Shown: positions 27,289 to 36,274 of the stretch, piece after piece | Position numbering within the stretch: the stretch's first letter is position 1 | How the letters are laid out: every line of letters starts with the position of its first letter | Assembly (NCBI GenBank): GCA_018895235.1 | Contig: JAHIOM010000014.1 | Span: forward strand, 5,203-69,202 | Origin: Patescibacteria group bacterium | GTDB lineage: Bacteria > Patescibacteriota > Minisyncoccia > Minisyncoccales > Staskawiczbacteraceae | Reading direction: 5' to 3' | DNA length: 64,000 nt | Program-made: the position numbers and the translations under genes | Notes under the pieces: generated by a model | Seen by the model: the letters and a program-made list of their open reading frames with translations, nothing else | Told to the model about the DNA's origin: nothing | Databases searched by the model: none

Positions 27289-29244
27289 CTAAATGTCAAG
27301 GTTTTTCACTGCTTTTGCATGGGTCTGAATAAACTTTTTCCTTGGTCCTACTTCCTCACCCATCAAAGTATCAAAAATCTTATCCGCCTCCCTGACATCA
27401 TCAATTGTCACTTTTAATAATACCCTGTTTTGAGGATCCATTGTTGTTTCCCATAGTTGTTCGGCATTCATTTCTCCGAGACCTTTGTAGCGTTGAATAG
27501 AAACGCCTTGAGCCCTATTCAACGATTTTAAAACCTGCGCTTTTTGATCCTCTGTAAGGGCATATTTTATCTCTTTACCTGCCTGAATTTTATACAAAGG
27601 AGGTTGGGCGATATAGATATACCCCATTTCAATTAATGGTTTAAAATGACGGTAAAAAAAAGTCAGAAGCAGGGTCCTTATGTGTGCGCCATCGACGTCA
27701 CTATCAGTCATAATCACGATACGATGATATCTTAACTTTTCTATACTAAAATCTTCGCCGATTGCAGTTCCTAAAGCAATAATCAAAGCCCTTATTTCTT
27801 TATTATCTAACATTTTGTCTAAACGAGCTCTCTCCACGTTTAAAATCTTACCCCTTAATGGCAGAATCGCCTGAAAGTGCCTGTCTCTTGCTTGACGGCT
27901 CGAACCTCCGGCACTTTCTCCCTCCACTATATACAACTCTGATTCTTCTGGTTTGCGTGAAAGACAGTCTGCAAGTTTGCCGGGCAAAGCTAGCCCCTCT
28001 AAAATTCCTTTTCTCAAAACTATCTGGCGGGCGCTTTTTGCAGCTTCCCTGGCCTTAGCAGCCAAAAGACAATTCTCAACAATTCCCTTGGCATCTGAAG
28101 GATACCTTTCTAAATAATCGCTTAGGGCTTCTGCTACTGCTGATTCTACGGCGTTTTTCGCTTCGGGGTTTCCTAATTTTGCTTTTGTCTGACCTTCAAA
28201 CTGAGGATTTCTTACTTTTACCAACACAACTGAAGTTAAACCCTCTCTCACATCGTCGCCGGAAAGATTACCATCTTTTTCTTTGATAAAACCCTCCCGC
28301 CTCGCGTAATCATTTAAAGATCTCGTTAGGGCGGCCCTAAAACCGGTAAGATGGGTGCCACCTTCCGGAGTATAAATATTATTGGCAAAACTTTCCTCAA
28401 TACATTCCATTTCTTGGGTGTATTGGAAAGCTACTTCAACCGCAATATCGTTTTTTGTCGTTGAAACGTTAAAAACATTCGGATTGCGGGGCGTGTTGTC
28501 ACCGACTAGATATTTAACATAAGAAGCCACGCCTCCTTCAAAGTAAAAAGAATAGCTTAATTTATCCTTCCCCCTTGCATCTATAAGAGTTACCCTTACT
28601 CCCCTTGTCAAATAGGCCTGCTGTCGTAAGTGGTTTAAGATTTTTTTTGAATCATATTTTATTTCTTTAAAAATCTCTGAGTCAGCCTGAAAGGTGATAA
28701 AGGTTCCTGTTTCTTTGCAACTTCCCATTTTTTTAACAGGGGTTTTCACATTTCCTTTGGCGTATTCTTGCATATATAATCCCCCATCCCTACAAACTTC
28801 GGCCTTCATATAAACAGACAGGGCACAAACAACAGAAACTCCAACACCGTGCAAACCGCCAGATACCTGGTAGGCCTTACCGCCAAATTTGCCTCCGGCA
28901 TGCAAAATGGTCATCACTGTTTCTAAAGCAGATTTTTTAGTTTGAGGATGTTTTTCAACCGGTATCCCTCTTCCGTCATCAGTAACTTTTACTACATCAT
29001 TCGGCAATAAAGAAACCTCGATGTTTTTACAATAGCCAGCCATTGCTTCATCAATCGCGTTATCTAAACACTCCCAAATTAAATGATGCAAACCATCAGG
29101 CCCGGTTGAACCGATATACATTGCCGGTCTTTTCCTCACCGCTTCCAAACCCTTTAAAACATAAATATCCTTGGCTGTGTATTCGCCTTCTTTTCTGTCT
29201 TTTTCAACTTTTTTAGTTTTTTCTACTTCTTTTTTCGCTGTCAT
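27289..29244 (-). CDS. gyrB: DNA gyrase subunit B
   Basis: LEAVRKRPAMYIGST, HHLIWECLDNAIDEA, the LHGVG GHKL ATPase, and the Toprim motifs EGESAGG and DSDVDGAHI. Confidence 0.95.
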   Translation of the reverse strand: MTAKKEVEKTKKVEKDRKEGEYTAKDIYVLKGLEAVRKRPAMYIGSTGPDGLHHLIWECLDNAIDEAMAGYCKNIEVSLLPNDVVKVTDDGRGIPVEKHPQTKKSALETVMTILHAGGKFGGKAYQVSGGLHGVGVSVVCALSVYMKAEVCRDGGLYMQEYAKGNVKTPVKKMGSCKETGTFITFQADSEIFKEIKYDSKKILNHLRQQAYLTRGVRVTLIDARGKDKLSYSFYFEGGVASYVKYLVGDNTPRNPNVFNVSTTKNDIAVEVAFQYTQEMECIEESFANNIYTPEGGTHLTGFRAALTRSLNDYARREGFIKEKDGNLSGDDVREGLTSVVLVKVRNPQFEGQTKAKLGNPEAKNAVESAVAEALSDYLERYPSDAKGIVENCLLAAKAREAAKSARQIVLRKGILEGLALPGKLADCLSRKPEESELYIVEGESAGGSSRQARDRHFQAILPLRGKILNVERARLDKMLDNKEIRALIIALGTAIGEDFSIEKLRYHRIVIMTDSDVDGAHIRTLLLTFFYRHFKPLIEMGYIYIAQPPLYKIQAGKEIKYALTEDQKAQVLKSLNRAQGVSIQRYKGLGEMNAEQLWETTMDPQNRVLLKVTIDDVREADKIFDTLMGEEVGPRKKFIQTHAKAVKNLDI

Positions 29245-29267
29245 ATTATTTATTTTTATTTATAAGA

Positions 29268-31310
29268 TTAACAACGCACTTCCCATTCTGGGTTTTTCTC
29301 TAATGCTTTTACTATTTTTTGATGTAATTTGTTAATTTCGTTTGATTTCAGGGTTCTGTCTTCTGCTTGATAGATTATATGAAAAGCCAAATTCTTTTTT
29401 CCATCCGGCAAATTTTCGCCTTCGTACATATCAAAAAGATCAATATCTATTACTAATTTCCCGCCTGCCTGTTCCATAATGTTTAAAACATCATCAACCT
29501 TAACGTTTTGAGGCACCAAAATAGCTAAATCCCGAATGGCTGAAGGATATTGGGAAATGGGTCTGTATTCTTGCTCTTCTGAAGCCAGCTTGGATAATTT
29601 TTCAAAATCCAGATCAAAAACAAAAACATTTTCCGGTACTTCTAATTTTTTGCGGATTGTCTGGGTAATTTCGCCCAAAAAGCCGATCTCCTCTTGGCTT
29701 GATTTTATCTCAGCACATTTTTTACGATTCCAAATTGTGTTTTTAGTATCCTCTGGTGTTGCTTTAAACTCGTCATACCAAACATCGGCAACTCCTAATT
29801 TGTTTAATAGGGTCTCAACCACTCCCTTTACCTCATAAAACCCTTCATTCTTTTTATTTTGGATAGTAGAAACCAACCCTGACAGCATTCTTTTTTCTGC
29901 TAATCCTTTTTTAATAAATATCTTCCCCAATTCAAAAATACTGATTTCTTTAAAATTGAGGTCTTGATTCTTTTGGACATTTTTCAACAAGTTGGGAATT
30001 AAAGTGGCTCTTAAATATTTCTGTTCTATATTAGCCGGGTTTTTTATTTCAATCAGTTCTTGGGGATTATAGCCAAAAGATTCGGCCTCTTTGTCGCCAA
30101 AAAATGAATAGTTGTAAACTTCGTTGAAACCGGCTTCTTTTAGAGCATCTTTAGCTTTATTCTCCCAAAAGAGATTAATATTTCTTTTCGGCGGAATTAA
30201 GCTGGAAACCGGAAAAAAGGGCTTAATGGCCTCATAACCATAAACTCTGCCCACTTCTTCTACCAAATCTTCTCCCAAATTAATATCAGCCCTAAAGGTG
30301 GGAATTTCTACTATTAAATCGCTTTTTATTTGTTTTACTTTGAACTCTAAGGATTCTAAAATATCGGTTATTCTTTTAACGGGGATCTCCCTTCCCAGCA
30401 AACTTGAGAAATAGCCTATATTTATTTTAATCTTTCTGGATTTTATTTTTTTAGGATAAATATCAACTACTTGTCTAATCTTTCCCCCGCCCAGCTTATT
30501 AAGAAGGAAATAAGCTCTTTCTAAAGCGGGCTTTGTTAAATTAGGATCTACTCCCTGGGAATAAATATCCGAGGCCTGTGTTTTCTGGTTAAGTTTTTTG
30601 GCGGTAATATAAATACTCCTTCTATCAAAATTAGCAGCCTGTAATATAATGCTCTTTGTTTCGTTAGTTACTTCGCTAACCTTCCCGCCCATAATTCCGG
30701 CCAAATCAATTAATCTTTCCTGGTCTTCAATGATAATGGCACCGTCATCCAGTTTATGGGTTTTTTCGTCCAAAGTTATTACTCTCTCGCCCGCCCTGGC
30801 CATTCTAACCACCATTTTCTTACCGAAGATTTTATCATAATCAAAAGCGTGCAATGGCTGACCAGTTTCCAGCATTATCCAGTTAGTTAAATCAACAATG
30901 TTGTTAATTGACCTAATTCCAACTGCTTCTAAATTGTTCTTTAACCAATCCGGTGATTTTTTTATCTTAATCCCCTCAATCAAAATAGCTGTATAGCGGG
31001 GAATAATAGATGATGATCTGACTTCAATTTTAACAGGTTCTAATCCCCCTTTTTCAACAAGAAGCTTTTCTTGCTCAAGTTTCTTTGGCTTTTTATTCAA
31101 AAGCGCGCCAACTTCCCTGGCCAATCCCTGATAAGAAAAACAATCCTGCGACCTATTCGGTAAAATATCAATATCTAAGATAAAATCATTTCCCTTTTTA
31201 ACCACGCTTTCCACTTCAAAACTATGCATAGTCAAAATATCAGCCAGTTTTTCTGGTTTTGGTAATTTTTCTTTAAAAAATGATTGTAACCAGTTATAAC
31301 TAAATTTCAT
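29268..31310 (-). CDS. pheT: Phenylalanyl-tRNA synthetase beta subunit
   Basis: MKFSYNWL start, B3/4 and B5 regions. Directly downstream of pheS with a 1-nt gap. Confidence 0.9.
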   Translation of the reverse strand: MKFSYNWLQSFFKEKLPKPEKLADILTMHSFEVESVVKKGNDFILDIDILPNRSQDCFSYQGLAREVGALLNKKPKKLEQEKLLVEKGGLEPVKIEVRSSSIIPRYTAILIEGIKIKKSPDWLKNNLEAVGIRSINNIVDLTNWIMLETGQPLHAFDYDKIFGKKMVVRMARAGERVITLDEKTHKLDDGAIIIEDQERLIDLAGIMGGKVSEVTNETKSIILQAANFDRRSIYITAKKLNQKTQASDIYSQGVDPNLTKPALERAYFLLNKLGGGKIRQVVDIYPKKIKSRKIKINIGYFSSLLGREIPVKRITDILESLEFKVKQIKSDLIVEIPTFRADINLGEDLVEEVGRVYGYEAIKPFFPVSSLIPPKRNINLFWENKAKDALKEAGFNEVYNYSFFGDKEAESFGYNPQELIEIKNPANIEQKYLRATLIPNLLKNVQKNQDLNFKEISIFELGKIFIKKGLAEKRMLSGLVSTIQNKKNEGFYEVKGVVETLLNKLGVADVWYDEFKATPEDTKNTIWNRKKCAEIKSSQEEIGFLGEITQTIRKKLEVPENVFVFDLDFEKLSKLASEEQEYRPISQYPSAIRDLAILVPQNVKVDDVLNIMEQAGGKLVIDIDLFDMYEGENLPDGKKNLAFHIIYQAEDRTLKSNEINKLHQKIVKALEKNPEWEVRC

Positions 31311-31311
31311 A

Positions 31312-32325
31312 TTAGAACTGTTCTAGAAATCTTAAATCGCCGGAATAAAATAACCTGATATCGTTTATTTTATACTTCATCATTGCCAACCTATCTAACC
31401 CGATGCCAAAAGCAAAGCCCTGCCACTCTTTAGAATTTATCGCGCAGGCATTATACACATTAGGATGAACCATGCCAGCGCCCATTATTTCCAGCCAGCC
31501 GGTTTTCTTACAAACGCTGCATCCTAATCCCCCACAAGTTAAACAACTCATATCAACCTCAAATCCCGGCTCAACAAAAGGAAAATATGAAGGCCTTAAG
31601 CGCACTTTCACTTCTTTGCCAAAAAACCTGGAAAAGAATTCTTGGATAATCGCTATGAAATTAGCAACGCTTATTGTTTTTCCCACCATTAGACCTTCCA
31701 AATGGTAAAATTGAACATCATGAGAAGCGTCAGTGGCCTCGTACCTAAAAACTCGGCCAGGCGCAATAATTCTTAGAGGTGGGTTATTTTTCTCCATATA
31801 GTGAATCTGTACAGGACTGGTGTGAGTTCTTAAAAGCATTTTTCCGTCTTTCAACCAAAAAGTATCCCATAAATCACGCGCCGGATGATCGGGCGGAACA
31901 TTAAGGGCATCAAAGTTGTAAAACTCATTTTCAATTTCCGGACCCTCAACAACGGTAAAACCCATTTCTTGAAAAATCTCTATCGCTTTTCTAATGGTTA
32001 CTGTTAAAGGGTGTAAGTGCCCTAAGGATAATTTCTTGCCCGGTGCTGTAACATCCAACCATTCCTTGCCTGGAACTACTTTGGTAAAAATAGCTTTTTT
32101 TCCTTCTATTGATTTCTCAATAAATCTTTTGAGATTGTTTAAATCTTTCCCGAATTTAGCCCTTACTTCTTTTGACATATCTTTTATCAAATTAAAGGCC
32201 TGTGTTATTTCACCTTTTTTGCCAAAATAGGAACGAAAAACCCCGTCCAAATCCTTTAGATTTTTGGCGGATTTTAAGCTTTTTTGAGCCTCAATTTTCA
32301 GCTTTTTCAGGTCAATTTTAAGCAT
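31312..32325 (-). CDS. pheS: Phenylalanyl-tRNA synthetase alpha subunit
   Basis: HPARDLWDTFW, RTHTSPVQ and FAFGIGLDRLAM class II motifs. Confidence 0.95.
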   Translation of the reverse strand: MLKIDLKKLKIEAQKSLKSAKNLKDLDGVFRSYFGKKGEITQAFNLIKDMSKEVRAKFGKDLNNLKRFIEKSIEGKKAIFTKVVPGKEWLDVTAPGKKLSLGHLHPLTVTIRKAIEIFQEMGFTVVEGPEIENEFYNFDALNVPPDHPARDLWDTFWLKDGKMLLRTHTSPVQIHYMEKNNPPLRIIAPGRVFRYEATDASHDVQFYHLEGLMVGKTISVANFIAIIQEFFSRFFGKEVKVRLRPSYFPFVEPGFEVDMSCLTCGGLGCSVCKKTGWLEIMGAGMVHPNVYNACAINSKEWQGFAFGIGLDRLAMMKYKINDIRLFYSGDLRFLEQF

Positions 32326-32360
32326 ATCAATATTCTCTAATTTTACCTTAAAAATCAGTC

Positions 32361-32398
32361 AAAAACAAGCCCTTCACCTTTGATTAAAGGTGAAGGGC
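32361..32398 (-). promoter_or_regulatory. Terminator-type hairpin inside the pheST leader (attenuator candidate)
   Basis: Minus strand: perfect 13-bp stem GCCCTTCACCTTT AATC AAAGGTGAAGGGC followed by TTGTTTTTGACTGATTTTT. It lies 36-73 nt upstream of the pheS ATG and downstream of a TATAAT box. Confidence 0.6.
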
Positions 32399-32553
32399 AA
32401 GGGGTAAACTATTGTGGACAACAGTTTATCCTGAACCGTGCCAGTTGTTTTTAATTAAAGTATATGGTAATATTATATAAGAGACGATATTAATAATTAA
32501 TTTTTTGACATGGCTCAAGGTTAATACCAAGACCAAGTCAATATATTAAAATT

Positions 32554-32811
32554 ATGCCAAGAAAAGCAAACGCGGCTTTTATGAAGCCGCTAAAACTCAC
32601 TGCTGATTTGGAAGCAGTGGTAGGAAATGGTCCTATGCCCCGATCCCAAGTTGTAAAAAAACTCTGGGCTTATATCAAAAAGAATGACTTGCAGGACAGC
32701 AAAAACAGAAGGAACATTAACGCTGATGCTAAATTAAAAATAGTTTTCGGCGGAAAAGGTACAGTGGATATGTTTGAAATGACAAAGCTGGTTTCAAAGC
32801 ATCTGTCCTAG
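32554..32811 (+). CDS. SWIB/MDM2-domain protein (85 aa)
   Basis: PMPRSQVVKKLWAYIKKNDLQDSKNRRNINADAKLKIVFG matches the SWIB-domain pattern. Confidence 0.75.
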   Translation: MPRKANAAFMKPLKLTADLEAVVGNGPMPRSQVVKKLWAYIKKNDLQDSKNRRNINADAKLKIVFGGKGTVDMFEMTKLVSKHLS

Positions 32812-32828
32812 TTAAGCTATATACGAAA

Positions 32829-32858
32829 CAAAAAACACGATTAAACTCGTGTTTTTTG
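32829..32858. terminator. Bidirectional terminator
   Basis: AAAAAA CACGA TTAAAC TCGTG TTTTTT. Confidence 0.8.
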
Positions 32859-32864
32859 TTTTCA

Positions 32865-32946
32865 GCGCGGGTAGTGAACAATGCCAGAACTGCCATAAAG
32901 TGTAATCAGGAACATATTTACATACCAGACCTAAAACCCAATACCA
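32865..32946 (-). repeat. GCGCGGG-element, type C copy
   Basis: Plus strand: GCGCGGGTAGTGAACAATGCCAGAAC...GAACATATTTACATACCAGACCTAAAACCC. Begins immediately after the Nudix stop codon and ends at the terminator. Confidence 0.6.
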
Positions 32947-33483
32947 TTATTTTACCTTAACCAAAGGAATTGCTAACTTGTGTTTACTAATATAAAAATT
33001 GAGCGTCCTCATAAATCCTATGGTATATTTTTCTGGAATTTTTCCCATTTCTTCTGCTATATCATTAAGACTCATAGGAATTATTTTTTTAACCTCATCT
33101 TCGGCGATAACTATTTGTTTTATATCCTTGTCTGTTAATTTAACTTCGTAAAGCCCAAAATAGTGGTCAATCTTTAATTTTCTATTGGGCACTATTTCAT
33201 CTCCATAGAAGACACCAACTCTTTTAAGCTCTTTAACAATTCCCAATTCTTCTTTTGATTCTCTCATCGCGGCTTCATTATAAGACTCTCCCTGCTTAAT
33301 ATGGCCGCCAACTGAATGGTCAAGCAAATCATCTTTTTTTCTAAGTTGAACTAATAATTGATTGTCTGGATTAAATACAAAAATTGCTGCAACTCGGTGG
33401 ATATATCCATTCTCGTGTGCTTCGGCCTTATTGGTTGTTCCTATAATTTTGTCATTTATATCAACTTTATCTATTAGTTCCAT
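32947..33483 (-). CDS. Nudix hydrolase
   Basis: Nudix box GGHIKQGESYNEAAMRESKEELGI. Confidence 0.85.
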   Translation of the reverse strand: MELIDKVDINDKIIGTTNKAEAHENGYIHRVAAIFVFNPDNQLLVQLRKKDDLLDHSVGGHIKQGESYNEAAMRESKEELGIVKELKRVGVFYGDEIVPNRKLKIDHYFGLYEVKLTDKDIKQIVIAEDEVKKIIPMSLNDIAEEMGKIPEKYTIGFMRTLNFYISKHKLAIPLVKVK

Positions 33484-33516
33484 AAATTTAATTAATTTTA
33501 ATTAATCAAGCATGTC

Positions 33517-33645
33517 AAAAAACCACCCCAATTAAAAGGTGGTTTCTGAAAATGCGCGGGCAGTGGGACGCAGTTCGAACTTGGTTTTAGGAGAATTTCC
33601 CCGTGGTAGAACCGATCATTGTTTTGAAATAAAAATTCCTTCATA
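33517..33645 (-). repeat. Conserved terminator module plus GCGCGGG-element, type A copy
   Basis: AAAAAACCACCCCAATTAAAAGGTGGTTTC, then GCGCGGGCAGTGGGACGCAGTTCGAACTTGGTTTTAGGAGAATTTCCCCGTGGTAGAACCGATCATTGTTTTGAAATAAAAA. Confidence 0.7.
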
Positions 33646-33664
33646 TTTTACCTAGTGAAAAATT

Positions 33665-34924
33665 TTACTCGCAGCTTTTTCCGGCGGTATATCCGGTGCT
33701 CCAACACATTTGTAAATTGAAGCCACCAGTTTTGCCATCAACATCAATAATCTCACCTGCAAAAAATAAGTTATCGATTATTTTAGATTTCATCGTGTTG
33801 TGGTCTATCTCTTTTAAAGATACTCCTCCTCTTGTAACTATGGCTTGGTCAAAACCCAAAATATCTTCTGCTGTAACTTCAATATTTTTTAAAATTTTTA
33901 CTATTGTTGCCCTTTTAATTTTCGAAATATTATTGGCTATTTCAGTTTTATCTATGGTCGCAATATCTAATAGAACTTCTGCCAATCTTTCGGGCACAAA
34001 AATCGATAATATATTTTTAGCTGTTTTGTTTGGATATTTCCTTAAAATATCTTCAAGCTCCTTTAAAAGCTCTTCTTGATCCAGTAAAGGAAAAAGATCG
34101 ATACATATCTTTATTTCTCCCTTTTCTAATAAATCTCCCACTTTACCACTGATATTTAAAACAGCAGGCCCACTCATACCAAAATGAGTGAACAAAATTT
34201 CTCCTTCTTCTTGAAGCTGTTTTTTCCTATTTTGAAACACGGTTATCTTAATATCTTTTAAACTTATTCCCTGTAAATTCTTGACCCATCCCTCTTTTAT
34301 TATTATCGGAGACAAAGCAGGTCTTGGTTTCACAATGGTGTGTCCCATTTTTTCAGCTAATTTATAGCCGAAACCATCGGAACCAATCAAAGGATAAGAC
34401 TTTCCTCCGGTGCAAAGGACATACTTTTTTGCCTTGATTTCTTTGTCCTTCAAAATTATCTTGATTATTTTTTTATCTTTACAACTAACACCCACAACTT
34501 CGGAAGCGAAAAACATTTTTATTTTTTTATCTGACAAATAGTCGGTTAACGCTTCCAAAACTTCTTCTGCATCGTCGCTTCTTGGGAAAACTCTTTTGTC
34601 TTTTTCGGTTTTAGTTTTTACCTCTAATCCCTCAAAAAAATCAATCACTTCCTTCGGTCCAAAAACAGAGAAAGCGTGGAAAAGGAACCCTCCATTATTA
34701 TAATTTTTTACCAATTCCTTTAAATTAAATTCTGAATTGGTTAAGTTACATCTTCCGTTCCCCGTTAAGAGTAATTTTTTACCAAGCGCAGAATTTTTTT
34801 CTATTAAAACAACACTCAATCCTTGACGCGCTGCTGCACAAGCTGCCATTATTCCAGCAGGACCAGCCCCGATAACAGCAACATCAAAGTCGTATTTTTT
34901 AGTATCTTTTTTTTGCATAGCCAA
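33665..34924 (-). CDS. FAD-dependent oxidoreductase, HI0933/BaiN-like
   Basis: DVAVIGAGPAGIMAA dinucleotide fold and GRCNLTN. C-terminal GGFNLQ...STGY. Confidence 0.8.
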   Translation of the reverse strand: MAMQKKDTKKYDFDVAVIGAGPAGIMAACAAARQGLSVVLIEKNSALGKKLLLTGNGRCNLTNSEFNLKELVKNYNNGGFLFHAFSVFGPKEVIDFFEGLEVKTKTEKDKRVFPRSDDAEEVLEALTDYLSDKKIKMFFASEVVGVSCKDKKIIKIILKDKEIKAKKYVLCTGGKSYPLIGSDGFGYKLAEKMGHTIVKPRPALSPIIIKEGWVKNLQGISLKDIKITVFQNRKKQLQEEGEILFTHFGMSGPAVLNISGKVGDLLEKGEIKICIDLFPLLDQEELLKELEDILRKYPNKTAKNILSIFVPERLAEVLLDIATIDKTEIANNISKIKRATIVKILKNIEVTAEDILGFDQAIVTRGGVSLKEIDHNTMKSKIIDNLFFAGEIIDVDGKTGGFNLQMCWSTGYTAGKSCE

Positions 34925-36197
34925 AACGACCCGATGACCCGCCTGCGCGGGCAGGTCTATTTCTATGTGAAGAATAATTACTTCTACTAGGATTATTAAA
35001 ATTATTAGACGGCTGATTTAAATTAGGAGGAAAATCGGGTAATTTTGAAATAGGTAAATAAAGCCTTGTTAATCTTTCGATTTCCCTGACCTTAGATCCC
35101 TGGTCTGGCAAACAAAAAGAAATAGCTTTTCCTGCCATGCCGGCTCTACCGGTTCTTCCAATACGATGGACATAATCTTCTGGATTTTCAGGAAGATCAA
35201 AGTTGATAACCAATTCAATACCCTTTACGTCTATACCGCGCGAAGCGATGTCGGTTGCCACAAGCACCCTATATTTTCCGAGTTTGAATCCCTCCAGCGC
35301 TTCTTTCCTCTGGCCCAGTGATCTATTTGAATGTATTTCTGCCGCGGAAATTCCGATATTGCGCAACGTATTACAAATTTTTCTGGCATTATGTTTAATT
35401 CTTAAAAAGATTAAAACGCTTCCTTTGTATTCTTGAAGCAATTTTCCTAATAATGGAAATTTTTGGTCTTTTTTGACAACAAATAATTCGTGCTCAACAT
35501 TTTCAGCAGTAGTTCCAGTCCTATCTATTTCTACTCTGACAGGAAGCTTCATATGGTTACTAGCAATTTTTACAATGCCGTCTGGCATTGTTGCTGAAAA
35601 CAGCATCGTTTGTCTGTTTTTGGGAACCACTTGCAGTATTTTGTTTATCTGCGGAGCAAAACCCATATCAAACATTCTGTCGGCTTCATCTAAAACTAAA
35701 ATTGTAACATCACGCAAGTTTAAAGTTCTTTGTTGGATATGATCATTAATTCTTCCCGGAGTGCCGATAATAACATGGGGATTATAAGAAATTTCTCTTA
35801 TTTGCGCCCGCATGGGAGATCCGCCGATTAACACTGCTGTTTTTATACCAAAATCTCTGCCTATTTTTTGTATAGATTCATTTATCTGCAAAGCTAGCTC
35901 GCGAGTTGGCAATATAATTAATCCTTTTCTTTTTCCGTCTTTTAAAATCTGCTGAACCAAGGGAATACCAAAAGCTAAAGTTTTGCCCGTTCCTGTTTGA
36001 GCTATACCAATAATATCCTTGCCTTCGACGGCTACAGGAATCGCTTTATGCTGTATCGAGGTTGGAGTGTTAAAACCTAATCTTGAAATTACATCCAGAA
36101 GTTTTGGAGCTATGCCAAGACCGCCAAAAGTCATTTCTGTCTCATTTGATAAATGTTTGTTTACTTGCTTCTGTATCATAAAAAAATATGTAGCCAA
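34899..36197 (-). CDS. DEAD-box ATP-dependent RNA helicase
   Basis: AQTGTGKT, PTRELA, DEAD (VLDEADRM), SAT and HRIGRTGRAG. The track start is a TTG; the first ATG is at 36179. Confidence 0.9.
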   Translation of the reverse strand: MATYFFMIQKQVNKHLSNETEMTFGGLGIAPKLLDVISRLGFNTPTSIQHKAIPVAVEGKDIIGIAQTGTGKTLAFGIPLVQQILKDGKRKGLIILPTRELALQINESIQKIGRDFGIKTAVLIGGSPMRAQIREISYNPHVIIGTPGRINDHIQQRTLNLRDVTILVLDEADRMFDMGFAPQINKILQVVPKNRQTMLFSATMPDGIVKIASNHMKLPVRVEIDRTGTTAENVEHELFVVKKDQKFPLLGKLLQEYKGSVLIFLRIKHNARKICNTLRNIGISAAEIHSNRSLGQRKEALEGFKLGKYRVLVATDIASRGIDVKGIELVINFDLPENPEDYVHRIGRTGRAGMAGKAISFCLPDQGSKVREIERLTRLYLPISKLPDFPPNLNQPSNNFNNPSRSNYSSHRNRPARAGGSSGRFGYAKKRY

Positions 36198-36222
36198 CTT
36201 TTATTCCAAAGGCCACATATTA

Positions 36223-36251
36223 ACTATACATCATAATAGTAGAAATGTCAA
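36223..36251 (-). promoter_or_regulatory. Sigma-70-type promoter for the helicase gene
   Basis: Minus strand: TTGACA, 17-nt spacer, TATAGT. Confidence 0.7.
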
Positions 36252-36274
36252 ACAAAACACCCTCTTAATTTCTG

